Shown here: positions 19,093 to 28,014 of the stretch, one piece after another
Layout of the letters: every line of letters begins with the position of its first letter
Position numbering within the stretch: position 1 is the stretch's first letter
Assembly (NCBI GenBank): GCA_947501635.1
Contig: CANMWT010000008.1
Location: 163,349 to 227,348 of the forward strand
From: an uncultured Roseobacter sp.
GTDB taxonomy: Bacteria > Pseudomonadota > Alphaproteobacteria > Rhodobacterales > Rhodobacteraceae
DNA length: 64,000 nucleotides
Direction of reading: 5' to 3'
Notes under the pieces: model-generated
Database searches by the model: none
What the model was told of the DNA's origin: nothing
The model's input: the letters and a program-made list of their open reading frames with translations, nothing else
Position numbers and translations under genes: made by a program

Positions 19093-19962
19093 ATGCCCTG
19101 CGGTATGTCAGGAACCTCTTGCCCTCAGGGCGACCGTATAGCCAAAGTCCTCAGCCGCGCCGGTGTTGCCAGCCGACGTGAAGCAGAGCGCATGATAGAG
19201 GCTGGACGCATCACGCTGAATGGAAAGACCATCACCTCGCCCGCTGTGAACGTAACCGCAAGCGACAAGATCAGCGTGGATGGCAAACCGGTGACCGCGC
19301 CCGAACCTGCACGTCTTTGGCTCTATCACAAACCCACTGGTCTGGTGACCACGGACCGCGACGAAAAAGGCCGCGAAACGGTTTTTGACAAGCTGCCAGA
19401 AGAGATGCCGAGGGTCATGAGTATCGGCCGTCTTGATCTGAACTCGGAAGGGTTGCTTTTGCTGACCAACGACGGGGGCATCAAGCGCAAGCTCGAACTG
19501 CCTTCAACCGGCTGGCTGCGACGCTACCGCGTGCGGGTCAACGGGCGGCCCACCGACGACACACTGGCCCCCCTGCGCAAGGGCATGACGGCAGACGGCG
19601 AAAGATTCCAGCCGATGCAGGTCACTCTGGATCGGCAACAGGGTGCAAACGCTTGGCTGACGATCGGTTTGCGCGAAGGGAAAAATCGTGAAATCCGCCG
19701 CGCACTCGCTGAAATCGGCCTGACGGTCAACCGGCTTATTCGGATCAGCTACGGCCCTTTTCAGTTGGGCACGCTCAAACAGGGTGCTGTCGAAGAAGTG
19801 CGCCGGAAAATCCTGCGGGACCAGCTGGGATTGGAAGCAGAGACCGAACGAGCTGCCGACACCGCTTCAACGCAAGTAAAAAAACGTCCCGGCACTGTCA
19901 GTCGCAGCCGGCGCAAGCCGCGCCCCGGCCAAGCTGCACGCAGCCGCAGAGACGCGAAGTGA
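19093..19962 (+). CDS. rluB: pseudouridine synthase (RsuA/RluB family) with S4 domain and basic C-terminal tail
   Basis: The S4 motif RIAKVLSRAGVASRREAE and the catalytic GRLDLNSEGLLLLTNDG are present. Start is ATG 19093 or 19105. The track ORF's upstream extension (18751..) is antisense to tadA. Confidence 0.85.
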   Translation: MPCGMSGTSCPQGDRIAKVLSRAGVASRREAERMIEAGRITLNGKTITSPAVNVTASDKISVDGKPVTAPEPARLWLYHKPTGLVTTDRDEKGRETVFDKLPEEMPRVMSIGRLDLNSEGLLLLTNDGGIKRKLELPSTGWLRRYRVRVNGRPTDDTLAPLRKGMTADGERFQPMQVTLDRQQGANAWLTIGLREGKNREIRRALAEIGLTVNRLIRISYGPFQLGTLKQGAVEEVRRKILRDQLGLEAETERAADTASTQVKKRPGTVSRSRRKPRPGQAARSRRDAK

Positions 19963-20154
19963 CGTCAGCCTGAAACTTTTCCCCCTCGCATTTGCTGCAA
20001 GATACGCGCAGATTCGCTCGGACAAGCGAGCAAGTTATCAGGGAATGGCACCATGTTTTCACCCAAACCATTGAGAATTGGCGGTTAACTCAACTCTAGC
20101 GCGCGGCGATTTGAGCACCTATATTTGTCAAACAGACTGCTTTGAGGGCGTATA

Positions 20155-20244
20155 ATGACACCAACTTCATTCCAAAAAGCGGCTTATTTTGCACTTTTGA
20201 TCGTGATGACCGGCGTGGCTTCCGGCGCACTTCAGGGGCTCTGA
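20155..20244 (+). CDS. candidate 29-aa single-TM small protein
   Basis: Own translation: MTPTSFQKAAYFALLIVMTGVASGALQGL. GAGGG lies 8 nt upstream. The stop is 3 nt before the XpaC-like start. Unverified. Confidence 0.25.
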   Translation: MTPTSFQKAAYFALLIVMTGVASGALQGL

Positions 20245-20247
20245 TCG

Positions 20248-21132
20248 ATGGCGCAAAGATACGGCGGAAAGTACAGCCCCAAAAGTAACTCACAACAACG
20301 CGCACAAAGTGATGACGGCTTTGCCGCGGCACGGGTCGATCCTGTCGGTGCGCGTGCCAACCTGATGTTTTTGCCCGCATTTGTGTTGCTGGTAACTGCT
20401 GTTTTCAAGGGCGCGATAGGGTTGCTTTTAGGCCTAGCCGGCGCGGGCATTCTCAGCCTGGGCGCATGGCTTTTGCGCGGTGGCCTACAGGCCGAGGCAG
20501 AGTACAACGCGCGCAAAGTCGCCAGACGCCCTGCTATTCCGCGCAAGATGATGGCAGCCGTTCTGGCAGGAGCCGGCACCGCGCTTGCAGCACTCAGTCA
20601 CGACAGCGGGATCGTCGCAGCCGTCCTGTATGGCGTTGCAGCAGGCAGCCTGCATGTTGCCGCCTTCGGAATTGACCCGCTCAAGCACAAAGGCATGGAA
20701 GACATCGACACCTTTCAGCAAGACCGCGTCGCACGCGTGGTTGACGAGGCAGATGCCACGCTCAAGGCAATGACAGACGCACTGCGGCGTGTCTCGGACC
20801 GGCAGATAAGCGACAGGATGGCCCAGTTCCAGTCCACCGCGCGCAAACTCATCCGCTCTGTCGAGGAAGACCCGCGCGATCTGACCGCCGCACGCAAATA
20901 CCTTGGCGTTTATCTGACGGGCGCACGGGACGCGACGACCAAGTTTGTCGATCTGTATACACAGAACCCCGATGCAAAGGTGCGCGAGGACTATATGACG
21001 CTGTTGAATGATCTCGATCGGAACTTCGCAGCGCGCAATGAAAAGCTCTTACTGAACGAACACAGCGACCTTACCGTGGAAATCGAGGTGCTGCGCGAAA
21101 GGCTGGACCGTGAAGGGGTTCGGCTTGACTGA
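20248..21132 (+). CDS. XpaC-like (5-bromo-4-chloroindolyl phosphate hydrolysis family) membrane protein
   Basis: 294 aa. Has N-terminal TM helices and a C-terminal helical domain. It sits directly upstream of telA, as in the yaaN-xpaC type pairing. Confidence 0.7.
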   Translation: MAQRYGGKYSPKSNSQQRAQSDDGFAAARVDPVGARANLMFLPAFVLLVTAVFKGAIGLLLGLAGAGILSLGAWLLRGGLQAEAEYNARKVARRPAIPRKMMAAVLAGAGTALAALSHDSGIVAAVLYGVAAGSLHVAAFGIDPLKHKGMEDIDTFQQDRVARVVDEADATLKAMTDALRRVSDRQISDRMAQFQSTARKLIRSVEEDPRDLTAARKYLGVYLTGARDATTKFVDLYTQNPDAKVREDYMTLLNDLDRNFAARNEKLLLNEHSDLTVEIEVLRERLDREGVRLD

Positions 21133-21172
21133 AGATGACAACGATAATGATGAATGATTGAAGGGAGTTAAC

Positions 21173-22369
21173 ATGTCTGAGGAAACACGTGCTAAAGCGC
21201 AGGAAGCCTTGGCTTTGGTGGAAGAAGTGACAGCGGCGGTATTGCCGGAGCCCGCGGATGCCAATGCAATCGTTCCGCTGGCGCAGGCGGATGCACCCGC
21301 AAGTGCAGAGATTTCAAAGCGCATGGCCGAGATCGACATGTCTGACACGAATTCGATTGTATCCTTTGGCAGCCGGGCGCAGGTTGAGCTGCAAGAGATC
21401 AGTCAGGCCATGCTGGGCGGCGTACGCAACAAAGACGTCGGACCAGCCGGTGACAGCCTGCGCAACATCGTGACAACGATTCGAGGCTTTTCCGTATCGG
21501 AGCTGGATGTGCGCCGCGAGCGCAGTTGGTGGGAAAAGCTGATCGGGCGCGCGGCACCGATTGCGAAATTCACAGCCAAGTACGAAGAAGTACAGGACCA
21601 GATCGACCGCATCACCGACGACCTGCTGCAACATGAGCACACATTGCTCAAGGACATCAAATCGCTCGATATGCTGTACGAAAAGACGCTGCAATTCTAT
21701 GACGAGCTGGCACTGTATATTGCTGCGGGTGAAGAAAAGCTACGTGATCTGGACGAGACGGTTATTCCCGCCAAAGCGGCCGAGGTCGATGCGGCGGCTG
21801 AGAACGATCAGGTGATGGTGGCGCAAGAGCTGCGCGACCTGCGTGCAGCACGCGATGATCTGGAACGGCGGGTGCATGATTTGAAGCTGACGCGTCAGGT
21901 GACCATGCAATCGCTGCCCTCGATCCGGCTTGTGCAGGAAAACGACAAATCTTTGGTGACAAAGATTAATTCGACCCTCGTCAACACGGTACCCTTGTGG
22001 GAAACGCAACTGGCCCAAGCGGTGACGATCCAGCGCTCTGCCGAAGCGGCCACAGCCGTCCGCGAGGCCAATGACCTGACCAACGAGTTGTTGACCGCAA
22101 ACGCCAAGAACCTGCGGGAAAGCAACAAAATCATACGTGAAGAGATGGAACGTGGTGTCTTTGACATTGAGGCCGTCAAACAGGCGAACGCCGATCTGAT
22201 CGGGACGATCGAGGAAAGCCTGCAGATTGCCGATGAGGGCAAAGCAAAGCGGGCAGCCGCCGAAGCGGACCTGCAGGAGATGGAAGAAAAGCTACGGGAT
22301 ACCTTGGCCTCAGCGAAAGCACGCGGAGACGGCACGGGTGACACAACGGCAACCTCGGTGCCCCGCTAA
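21173..22369 (+). CDS. telA: toxic anion resistance protein (TelA family)
   Basis: About 398 aa of coiled-coil-rich TelA-like sequence. ATG 21173 is preceded by AAGGGAG. Confidence 0.85.
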   Translation: MSEETRAKAQEALALVEEVTAAVLPEPADANAIVPLAQADAPASAEISKRMAEIDMSDTNSIVSFGSRAQVELQEISQAMLGGVRNKDVGPAGDSLRNIVTTIRGFSVSELDVRRERSWWEKLIGRAAPIAKFTAKYEEVQDQIDRITDDLLQHEHTLLKDIKSLDMLYEKTLQFYDELALYIAAGEEKLRDLDETVIPAKAAEVDAAAENDQVMVAQELRDLRAARDDLERRVHDLKLTRQVTMQSLPSIRLVQENDKSLVTKINSTLVNTVPLWETQLAQAVTIQRSAEAATAVREANDLTNELLTANAKNLRESNKIIREEMERGVFDIEAVKQANADLIGTIEESLQIADEGKAKRAAAEADLQEMEEKLRDTLASAKARGDGTGDTTATSVPR

Positions 22370-22375
22370 CGCCGA

Positions 22376-23320
22376 ATGAACTTTCGCAGCACCATAAGGC
22401 GATGGAGCGTGGCTTGCACCGCGCTTCTTGCCCTGTGCGCATGCGAGATGGGCCAGATGACCAGCAGCACGCCAAAGGCCCGTCCCGATGGCCTTGGCGC
22501 GCAAACCACGCAAACCGCATCCGCGGATAGCATGGCCCTTCGCCAGTATTTCGCTCAGGTGCAATCGGCTCAGCTAAGCCAGGGATTGCTGCGCGAAGAC
22601 GGCGGCGGACCTGACACCCCCTTTACCGCTGACATGCTGGCGCGCAACTTCGAAGAGATCGTGTTCTACAATGAATATGCCTCTGCACTTCAGGGGCGCG
22701 GCGGGCGCAGCCCGTTGCGCCGCTGGGACGGGCCGGTGCGGATTGCTACAATATTCGGGGACAGCGTCCCACAAGCCGAACGCGTGACCGACGACGAGGC
22801 AACGAAAAACTATGCCAAGCGGCTGTCGCGTGTTTCAGGCCATCCGGTTACAACTTTCGGAACGCCCAACTTCATCGTGATCGTGGCAAGCGAAGACGAC
22901 CGCGACGCGGTGCTCGACGACGCGGCGGCACGTATTCCCGGCATCACACCGGAAAGCCTGAACGCCTTGCGCACCCTCAACCGTGACACCTACTGCGCAG
23001 TTGCCGCCTATGCGTCGAACCGGCAATCTTACACCTACAGCGCCGCCGTGGCGGTTATTCGCGCCGAAAATCCACCCCTTTTGCGCCTGAGCTGTATCCA
23101 CGAAGAACTCGCGCAAGGTCTGGGGCTTGCCAACGACAGCCGCGATGCCCGCCCATCAATTTTCAATGACGATGACGAGTTTGCCTTGCTCACCAACCAC
23201 GATGAGCTATTGCTGCGCATGCTGTATGATCCAAGGCTGCAACCTGGAATGACCGCGAGCGAAGCCGCTCCGATAACCCGCATCATCGCCCGTGAACTGA
23301 CAGCTCCGGGCCCGCTCTAG
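22376..23320 (+). CDS. DUF2927-like lipoprotein
   Basis: Lipobox ALLALCAC. The C-terminal conserved block CIHEELAQGLGLANDS...SIFND is as I recall for DUF2927. Confidence 0.6.
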   Translation: MNFRSTIRRWSVACTALLALCACEMGQMTSSTPKARPDGLGAQTTQTASADSMALRQYFAQVQSAQLSQGLLREDGGGPDTPFTADMLARNFEEIVFYNEYASALQGRGGRSPLRRWDGPVRIATIFGDSVPQAERVTDDEATKNYAKRLSRVSGHPVTTFGTPNFIVIVASEDDRDAVLDDAAARIPGITPESLNALRTLNRDTYCAVAAYASNRQSYTYSAAVAVIRAENPPLLRLSCIHEELAQGLGLANDSRDARPSIFNDDDEFALLTNHDELLLRMLYDPRLQPGMTASEAAPITRIIARELTAPGPL

Positions 23321-23344
23321 GCCCCAGATCAAAGGACTGAACAT

Positions 23345-24463
23345 ATGGGAATTTTTGACTTTCTTTCCGGTGAATTCATTGATGTCATCCATTGGACGGA
23401 TGACACCCGAGACACAATGGTCTGGCGTTTCGAACGCGAAGGACATGAGATCAAATACGGCGCCAAGCTGACCGTGCGCGAAGGCCAGTCGGCGGTCTTT
23501 GTACACGAAGGCCAGCTGGCAGATGTGTTTACTCCGGGCCTGTACATGCTCGAAACCAACAACATGCCGATCATGACGACGCTTCAACACTGGGATCATG
23601 GGTTCAAAAGCCCCTTCAAGTCAGAGATTTACTTCGTCAATACGACACGCTTCAACGACTTGAAGTGGGGCACGAAAAACCCTGTCATTTGCCGCGATCC
23701 GGAGTTCGGGCCGGTCCGTCTGCGCGCCTTCGGCACCTACAGCATCAAAGTCAGCGACCCGGCCAAGTTTCTGGTTGAGATCGTTGGCACGGATGGCGAA
23801 TTCACGATGGATGAGATCAGCTTCCAGATTCGTAACATCATCGTTCAGGAATTCTCCCGCACGATTGCCCGCGCGGGTATTCCAGTGATGGATATGGCGG
23901 CCAACACGCGCGAACTGAGCCAGCTTGTAGGCCGTGAGATCAGCGAACAACTGGCGGAATACGGCCTGACGATGCCGGAACTCTATATCGAGAACATCTC
24001 GCTGCCTCCCGCTGTCGAAGAAGTCATGGACAAGCGCTCGTCCATGGGCGTGATCGGTGGTAGCCTAAACGAGTACATGCAGTTTCAAGCCGCAGAAGCA
24101 TTAGGCCGCGAAGGGGCCGGTGCGGCGGCCATTCAGGCCGGTCTTGGCGCGGGTCTGGGCATGCAGATCGGACATCATGCGGCGCAACAGGTCGGGCCCT
24201 GGGGCGCGGCCTCCACACAGTCCCGCGCGGCTGTTCCGCCACCGCCACCTGTGGAACATGTGTGGCACATCGCAGAGAACGGCGCGACGAAGGGGCCGTT
24301 CTCAAAGGCGGCGATGGGGCGCATGGCGACAGAGGGCGCAATGACGCGCGACACAATGGTTTGGACACAAGGGCAGGATGGCTGGATGCGTGCCGAAGAC
24401 GTGGCGGAGCTTGCCCAGCTCTTTACCGTCCTGCCCCCGCCCCCACCACCACCCGCGCCGTAA
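23345..24463 (+). CDS. SPFH-domain protein (YdjI / virion-core-like) with C-terminal GYF_2-like domain and poly-Pro tail
   Basis: The MGIFDFL...IHWTDD...VWRFE N-terminus is typical of YdjI-like SPFH proteins. The C-terminus has WHIAENGATKGPFSKAAM...WTQGQDGWMRAEDV and PPPPPPPAP. Confidence 0.8.
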   Translation: MGIFDFLSGEFIDVIHWTDDTRDTMVWRFEREGHEIKYGAKLTVREGQSAVFVHEGQLADVFTPGLYMLETNNMPIMTTLQHWDHGFKSPFKSEIYFVNTTRFNDLKWGTKNPVICRDPEFGPVRLRAFGTYSIKVSDPAKFLVEIVGTDGEFTMDEISFQIRNIIVQEFSRTIARAGIPVMDMAANTRELSQLVGREISEQLAEYGLTMPELYIENISLPPAVEEVMDKRSSMGVIGGSLNEYMQFQAAEALGREGAGAAAIQAGLGAGLGMQIGHHAAQQVGPWGAASTQSRAAVPPPPPVEHVWHIAENGATKGPFSKAAMGRMATEGAMTRDTMVWTQGQDGWMRAEDVAELAQLFTVLPPPPPPPAP

Positions 24464-24605
24464 CCGGACTGGACGACCGGATGTCGATACGCCGCACGAC
24501 AACAGTTTTGCTTCTGTGCCATCCGGTTTCGAAGGGGCCTGCTTATGGTGCCTTCATTGTTCCGTGCTCCGGGCGGGATAGGGCCGCGAAAGCCGGGGAA
24601 GCCTG

Positions 24606-25715
24606 ATGAGCGAGACAACGCAAGACCCGTCGGAAGCCAAGCTGCATTTTCCCTGTGACAGCTGCGGCGCAGATATGCGGTTCGACCCGACGAGCACGCA
24701 AATGGTCTGCGCACACTGCGGCAACGCATCGAAGCTGGAACAAGGCCCATGGGCCAAAGCCACAATCCGCGAGATTGATTTCAAAACCGCGCTGGATGGT
24801 GAGCTTCCCGCGCCGGAAATGGAAGTTACACGGGTTTCAAAATGCCCAAATTGCGCGGCACAGGTAGAGTTTGACCCTGACGTTCACGCTAAGGAGTGCC
24901 CGTTTTGCGCAACACCCGTCGTCACGGGAACCGGTGCGCATCGCCATATCAAACCGAAGGCCGTGCTTCCTTTCGCGCTTGACGAACAGACAGCGCATGA
25001 CGCGATGAATGACTGGCTGGGATCACTGTGGTTCGCGCCGAACGGACTAAAGCAATATGCCCGAAAAGGGCGCAGGATGGATGGCATTTACGTTCCCTAC
25101 TGGACATTCGATGCCGACACCACATCCCGCTACACAGGTGAACGGGGCACAGTCTACTACGAAACACGTCGTGTCACCCGCAACGGCAAGGCGACCACAG
25201 TGCAGGTGGCAAAGGTGCGCTGGCGGCCCGCACGCGGGCAGGTTGCGCGCTTTTTCGACGATGTTCTGGTACTGGCCTCCAAGAGCTTGCCGAAACAGTT
25301 TACCGACGGGCTGGCCCCTTGGGATATGACCGCGCTTGAGCCTTATGCTCCTGAATACCTTGCCGGTTTTCGCGCCGAAGGTTACTCGATCGGCATTGAA
25401 GACGGCTTTGTGGAAGCCCGCAGCGTCATGAACCGTGTGATCCGACGCGACATCCGTTTTGATATCGGCGGCGACAGGCAGCGCATTCATCAGGTCGATA
25501 CGTCCGTGCGCGATGTAACCTTTAAACATATTCTGTTGCCGGTGTGGCTTGCCGCTTACAAGTATCGCGGCGACACCTACCGCTTTGTCGTCAACGGCAG
25601 CACCGGCAAAGTTCAGGGCGAACGCCCCTACTCTGCCATCAAGATTGCTTTTGCCGTTCTAGTGGGTTTGGCGCTTGCTGCGACCTTTGGCTATCTTTAT
25701 GCCTTGAACCAATGA
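24606..25715 (+). CDS. double zinc-ribbon protein with C-terminal TM anchor
   Basis: Has CDSCG...CAHCG and CPNC...CPFC ribbons and a terminal TM helix (IAFAVLVGLALAATFGYLY). This architecture is commonly found next to YdjI-like SPFH genes. Confidence 0.6.
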   Translation: MSETTQDPSEAKLHFPCDSCGADMRFDPTSTQMVCAHCGNASKLEQGPWAKATIREIDFKTALDGELPAPEMEVTRVSKCPNCAAQVEFDPDVHAKECPFCATPVVTGTGAHRHIKPKAVLPFALDEQTAHDAMNDWLGSLWFAPNGLKQYARKGRRMDGIYVPYWTFDADTTSRYTGERGTVYYETRRVTRNGKATTVQVAKVRWRPARGQVARFFDDVLVLASKSLPKQFTDGLAPWDMTALEPYAPEYLAGFRAEGYSIGIEDGFVEARSVMNRVIRRDIRFDIGGDRQRIHQVDTSVRDVTFKHILLPVWLAAYKYRGDTYRFVVNGSTGKVQGERPYSAIKIAFAVLVGLALAATFGYLYALNQ

Positions 25716-26383
25716 CCCAGCTAGACACCCTGAACGCGTTATTGACCAGCCGCTATTCCTGTCGCGCCTTTACAGACAAGGCTGTGCCACCAGACCATAT
25801 CGAACAGATTATAACCTCCGCCAAACAGGCGCCATCCTGGTGCAATGCGCAACCGTGGCAGCTGGTGGTAACCTCTGGCGCCGCCACTCAGACCTTTCGC
25901 GAGGCACTGGGCGCAGAGGCCAGAGAGGGGGCGGGCAAGCTCGATCTGCAAGGGCCAGAGGCTTATCCGGGTGTATATGGCGACAGGCGCCGCACCGTTG
26001 GCTGGCAGCTCTATGATGCAGTCGGCGTCAAGAAAGGCGACCGCGATGCGTCCAGACATCAGATGTTGCGCAACTTCGATCTGTTCGACGCACCACATGT
26101 GGCAATCGTGACCAGCCCGCGCGCCTTGGGCGGCTATGGCGCGATGGACACAGGCGGCTTTGTTTTGGCCTTCACACTCGCCGCCCGCGCCTTGGGCGTC
26201 GACACGATAGCGCAGGCAGCTGTGGCCAACTACGCGGAATTCGTGCGGGAACACTTCGGGATCGGTAACGACCGCCTTGTCCTATGCGCGATTTCCTTCG
26301 GCTATGCGGACAACGAACATCCCGCCAACAGCTTTCGCACCGGGCGCGCTGATCTGCCCGAGATTGTGGAGTGGCGGTCATGA
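25712..26383 (+). CDS. nitroreductase family protein
   Basis: The RYSCRAF...[10 protein letters not shown] motifs are present. The ATG at 25712 is in an ATGA overlap with the upstream stop. The track ORF's extension to 25544 is spurious. Confidence 0.8.
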   Translation: MTQLDTLNALLTSRYSCRAFTDKAVPPDHIEQIITSAKQAPSWCNAQPWQLVVTSGAATQTFREALGAEAREGAGKLDLQGPEAYPGVYGDRRRTVGWQLYDAVGVKKGDRDASRHQMLRNFDLFDAPHVAIVTSPRALGGYGAMDTGGFVLAFTLAARALGVDTIAQAAVANYAEFVREHFGIGNDRLVLCAISFGYADNEHPANSFRTGRADLPEIVEWRS

Positions 26384-26826
26384 AGGCCCTGTTGCAAAGG
26401 GTAAAATCTGCATCCGTGTCGGTTGCGGGCAACACCATCGGCGACATAGAGGCGGGCCTTTTGATCTTTGTCTGCGCGATGCCGCAGGACAACTCAAAGG
26501 TTTGCGCGAAGCTGGCTGCAAAGGTCGCAAAGCTGCGCCTGTTCAAAGACGCAAGCGGCAAAATGAACCTCAATCTCTCGCAAGCCGGCGGTAGCGCACT
26601 GGTGGTCAGCCAGTTCACGCTGGCCGCAGACACGGCGCGCGGGAACCGTCCCGGTTTTTCAGCGGCCGCCAAACCGGACGTTGCCGAGGCGCTGTATCTG
26701 GAATTTGCCAGTGAACTGCGTGCGATGGGCATAACCGTCGAGACCGGGCAGTTCGGGGCAGATATGGCCGTGTCGCTCGTGAACGACGGTCCAGTGACGA
26801 TATGGCTCGATACCGATGCCCCGTAG
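26380..26826 (+). CDS. dtd: D-aminoacyl-tRNA deacylase
   Basis: MKALLQRV...SQFTLAADT...GNRPGF motifs. ATGA overlap with the nitroreductase stop. Confidence 0.9.
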   Translation: MKALLQRVKSASVSVAGNTIGDIEAGLLIFVCAMPQDNSKVCAKLAAKVAKLRLFKDASGKMNLNLSQAGGSALVVSQFTLAADTARGNRPGFSAAAKPDVAEALYLEFASELRAMGITVETGQFGADMAVSLVNDGPVTIWLDTDAP

Positions 26827-26851
26827 ACAAGTAATAAAGTAGAACGAACAG

Positions 26852-27961
26852 ATGCCCCAGCCCGATCTATTGCAAGACCTGTTTGAAGTGGCCGTTGTCG
26901 CGGTTCGCGGGGACAGTGCCGTTGCACGCGCGTTGGAAGAGATAAACGCACGCCCCCCCGACCAGATTATCGCAGTAGGTAAAGCCGCGACAGCTATGGC
27001 GATCGCGGCAAGCGCGAAGTACCCGAAAGCACCACTTTTGATCGTCACCAAGTATGACCATGCGACGGACGCTCCGGCGCACGCCGAAGTGATCGAGGCC
27101 GCCCATCCGGTGCTGGACGACAACTCGATCAAGGCAGGCGCAAGGCTTCTTGAGGTCGTAGGCGCCATGCCCGCGGAAACCCACCTGCTGATGCTTGTCT
27201 CCGGCGGCGCATCGGCTTTGGCTGAAGCACCTGTCGACGGTCTGGATTTACAGGGCCTAAAACAGCGTGCGACAGAAATGCTCGGGTCTGGCGCGGATAT
27301 CCACGCGATGAACAAGTTGCGCAAGACCCTTAGCCGTATCAAAGGTGGCAAGCTGTTGCAGAATTTTGCGGGTGCGCACGTCACAACGCTTGCGATCTCG
27401 GATGTGGAAGGTGATGCGCTCTCGGTGATCGGGTCCGGGATTGGTGATGCACCGGACATGCCCGCTTTCCAGTTTGCGCCGCATATCGTGGCCAGCAACG
27501 CAATCGCCCGGCAGGCGGTGGTCGAGGCTGCAACAGCCCGCGGCCTGCCCGTCAAAAGCAACGCCGAGACACTCTACGCAGATATCACGACCTTGGGTCC
27601 CCGGCTGGCCCGCACGCTGGTGTCGGGCCCCTCCGGCCTGCATATCTGGGGCGGAGAACCAACCGTGGTCCTGCCGCCAGATCCGGGGCGAGGCGGCAGG
27701 AATCAGGCATTGGCATTGATTATCGCGCGCGAGCTTGCAGGCCACGACGGGATCAGGGTGCTGGTTGCCGGAACAGACGGCACAGACGGGCCCACCGATG
27801 CGGCCGGGGCCGTGATAGACGGTGCGACTTGGGACGCATCAGGCGCACAAGCCCTGATGCGCGCCGACGCGGGCAGCTGGCTTGAGGCGCATGGCGCATT
27901 GCTCAGGACAGGGCCCACGGGTACCAATGTGATGGATCTGGTGATCGCGCTGAAAAACTAG
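26852..27961 (+). CDS. glycerate 2-kinase / hydroxypyruvate reductase-like (DUF4147 + MOFRL)
   Basis: 369 aa. AVGKAATAMA...GGEPTV...GTDGTDGPTDAAGA pattern. Confidence 0.75.
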   Translation: MPQPDLLQDLFEVAVVAVRGDSAVARALEEINARPPDQIIAVGKAATAMAIAASAKYPKAPLLIVTKYDHATDAPAHAEVIEAAHPVLDDNSIKAGARLLEVVGAMPAETHLLMLVSGGASALAEAPVDGLDLQGLKQRATEMLGSGADIHAMNKLRKTLSRIKGGKLLQNFAGAHVTTLAISDVEGDALSVIGSGIGDAPDMPAFQFAPHIVASNAIARQAVVEAATARGLPVKSNAETLYADITTLGPRLARTLVSGPSGLHIWGGEPTVVLPPDPGRGGRNQALALIIARELAGHDGIRVLVAGTDGTDGPTDAAGAVIDGATWDASGAQALMRADAGSWLEAHGALLRTGPTGTNVMDLVIALKN

Positions 27962-28014
27962 GCTTTTGTCTGGCTTTGGTTGACAACCCACGCGCAGCTT
28001 GTGACCGTCGGTCT

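Noticed and set aside
20125-20156. Promoter-like TTGTCA ... TATAAT upstream of the XpaC-like gene
   Set aside because: The spacer is 20 nt, outside the usual 16-18 nt for sigma-70-type promoters. The TATAAT also overlaps the candidate micro-ORF start. It is not supportable without TSS data.
24481-24606. 41-aa ORF in the gap between the SPFH and zinc-ribbon genes, whose stop overlaps the next ATG
   Set aside because: It has no Shine-Dalgarno sequence and an Arg/Cys/Pro-rich composition unlike a real small protein. It is more likely untranslated spacer. It would need ribosome profiling to revive.
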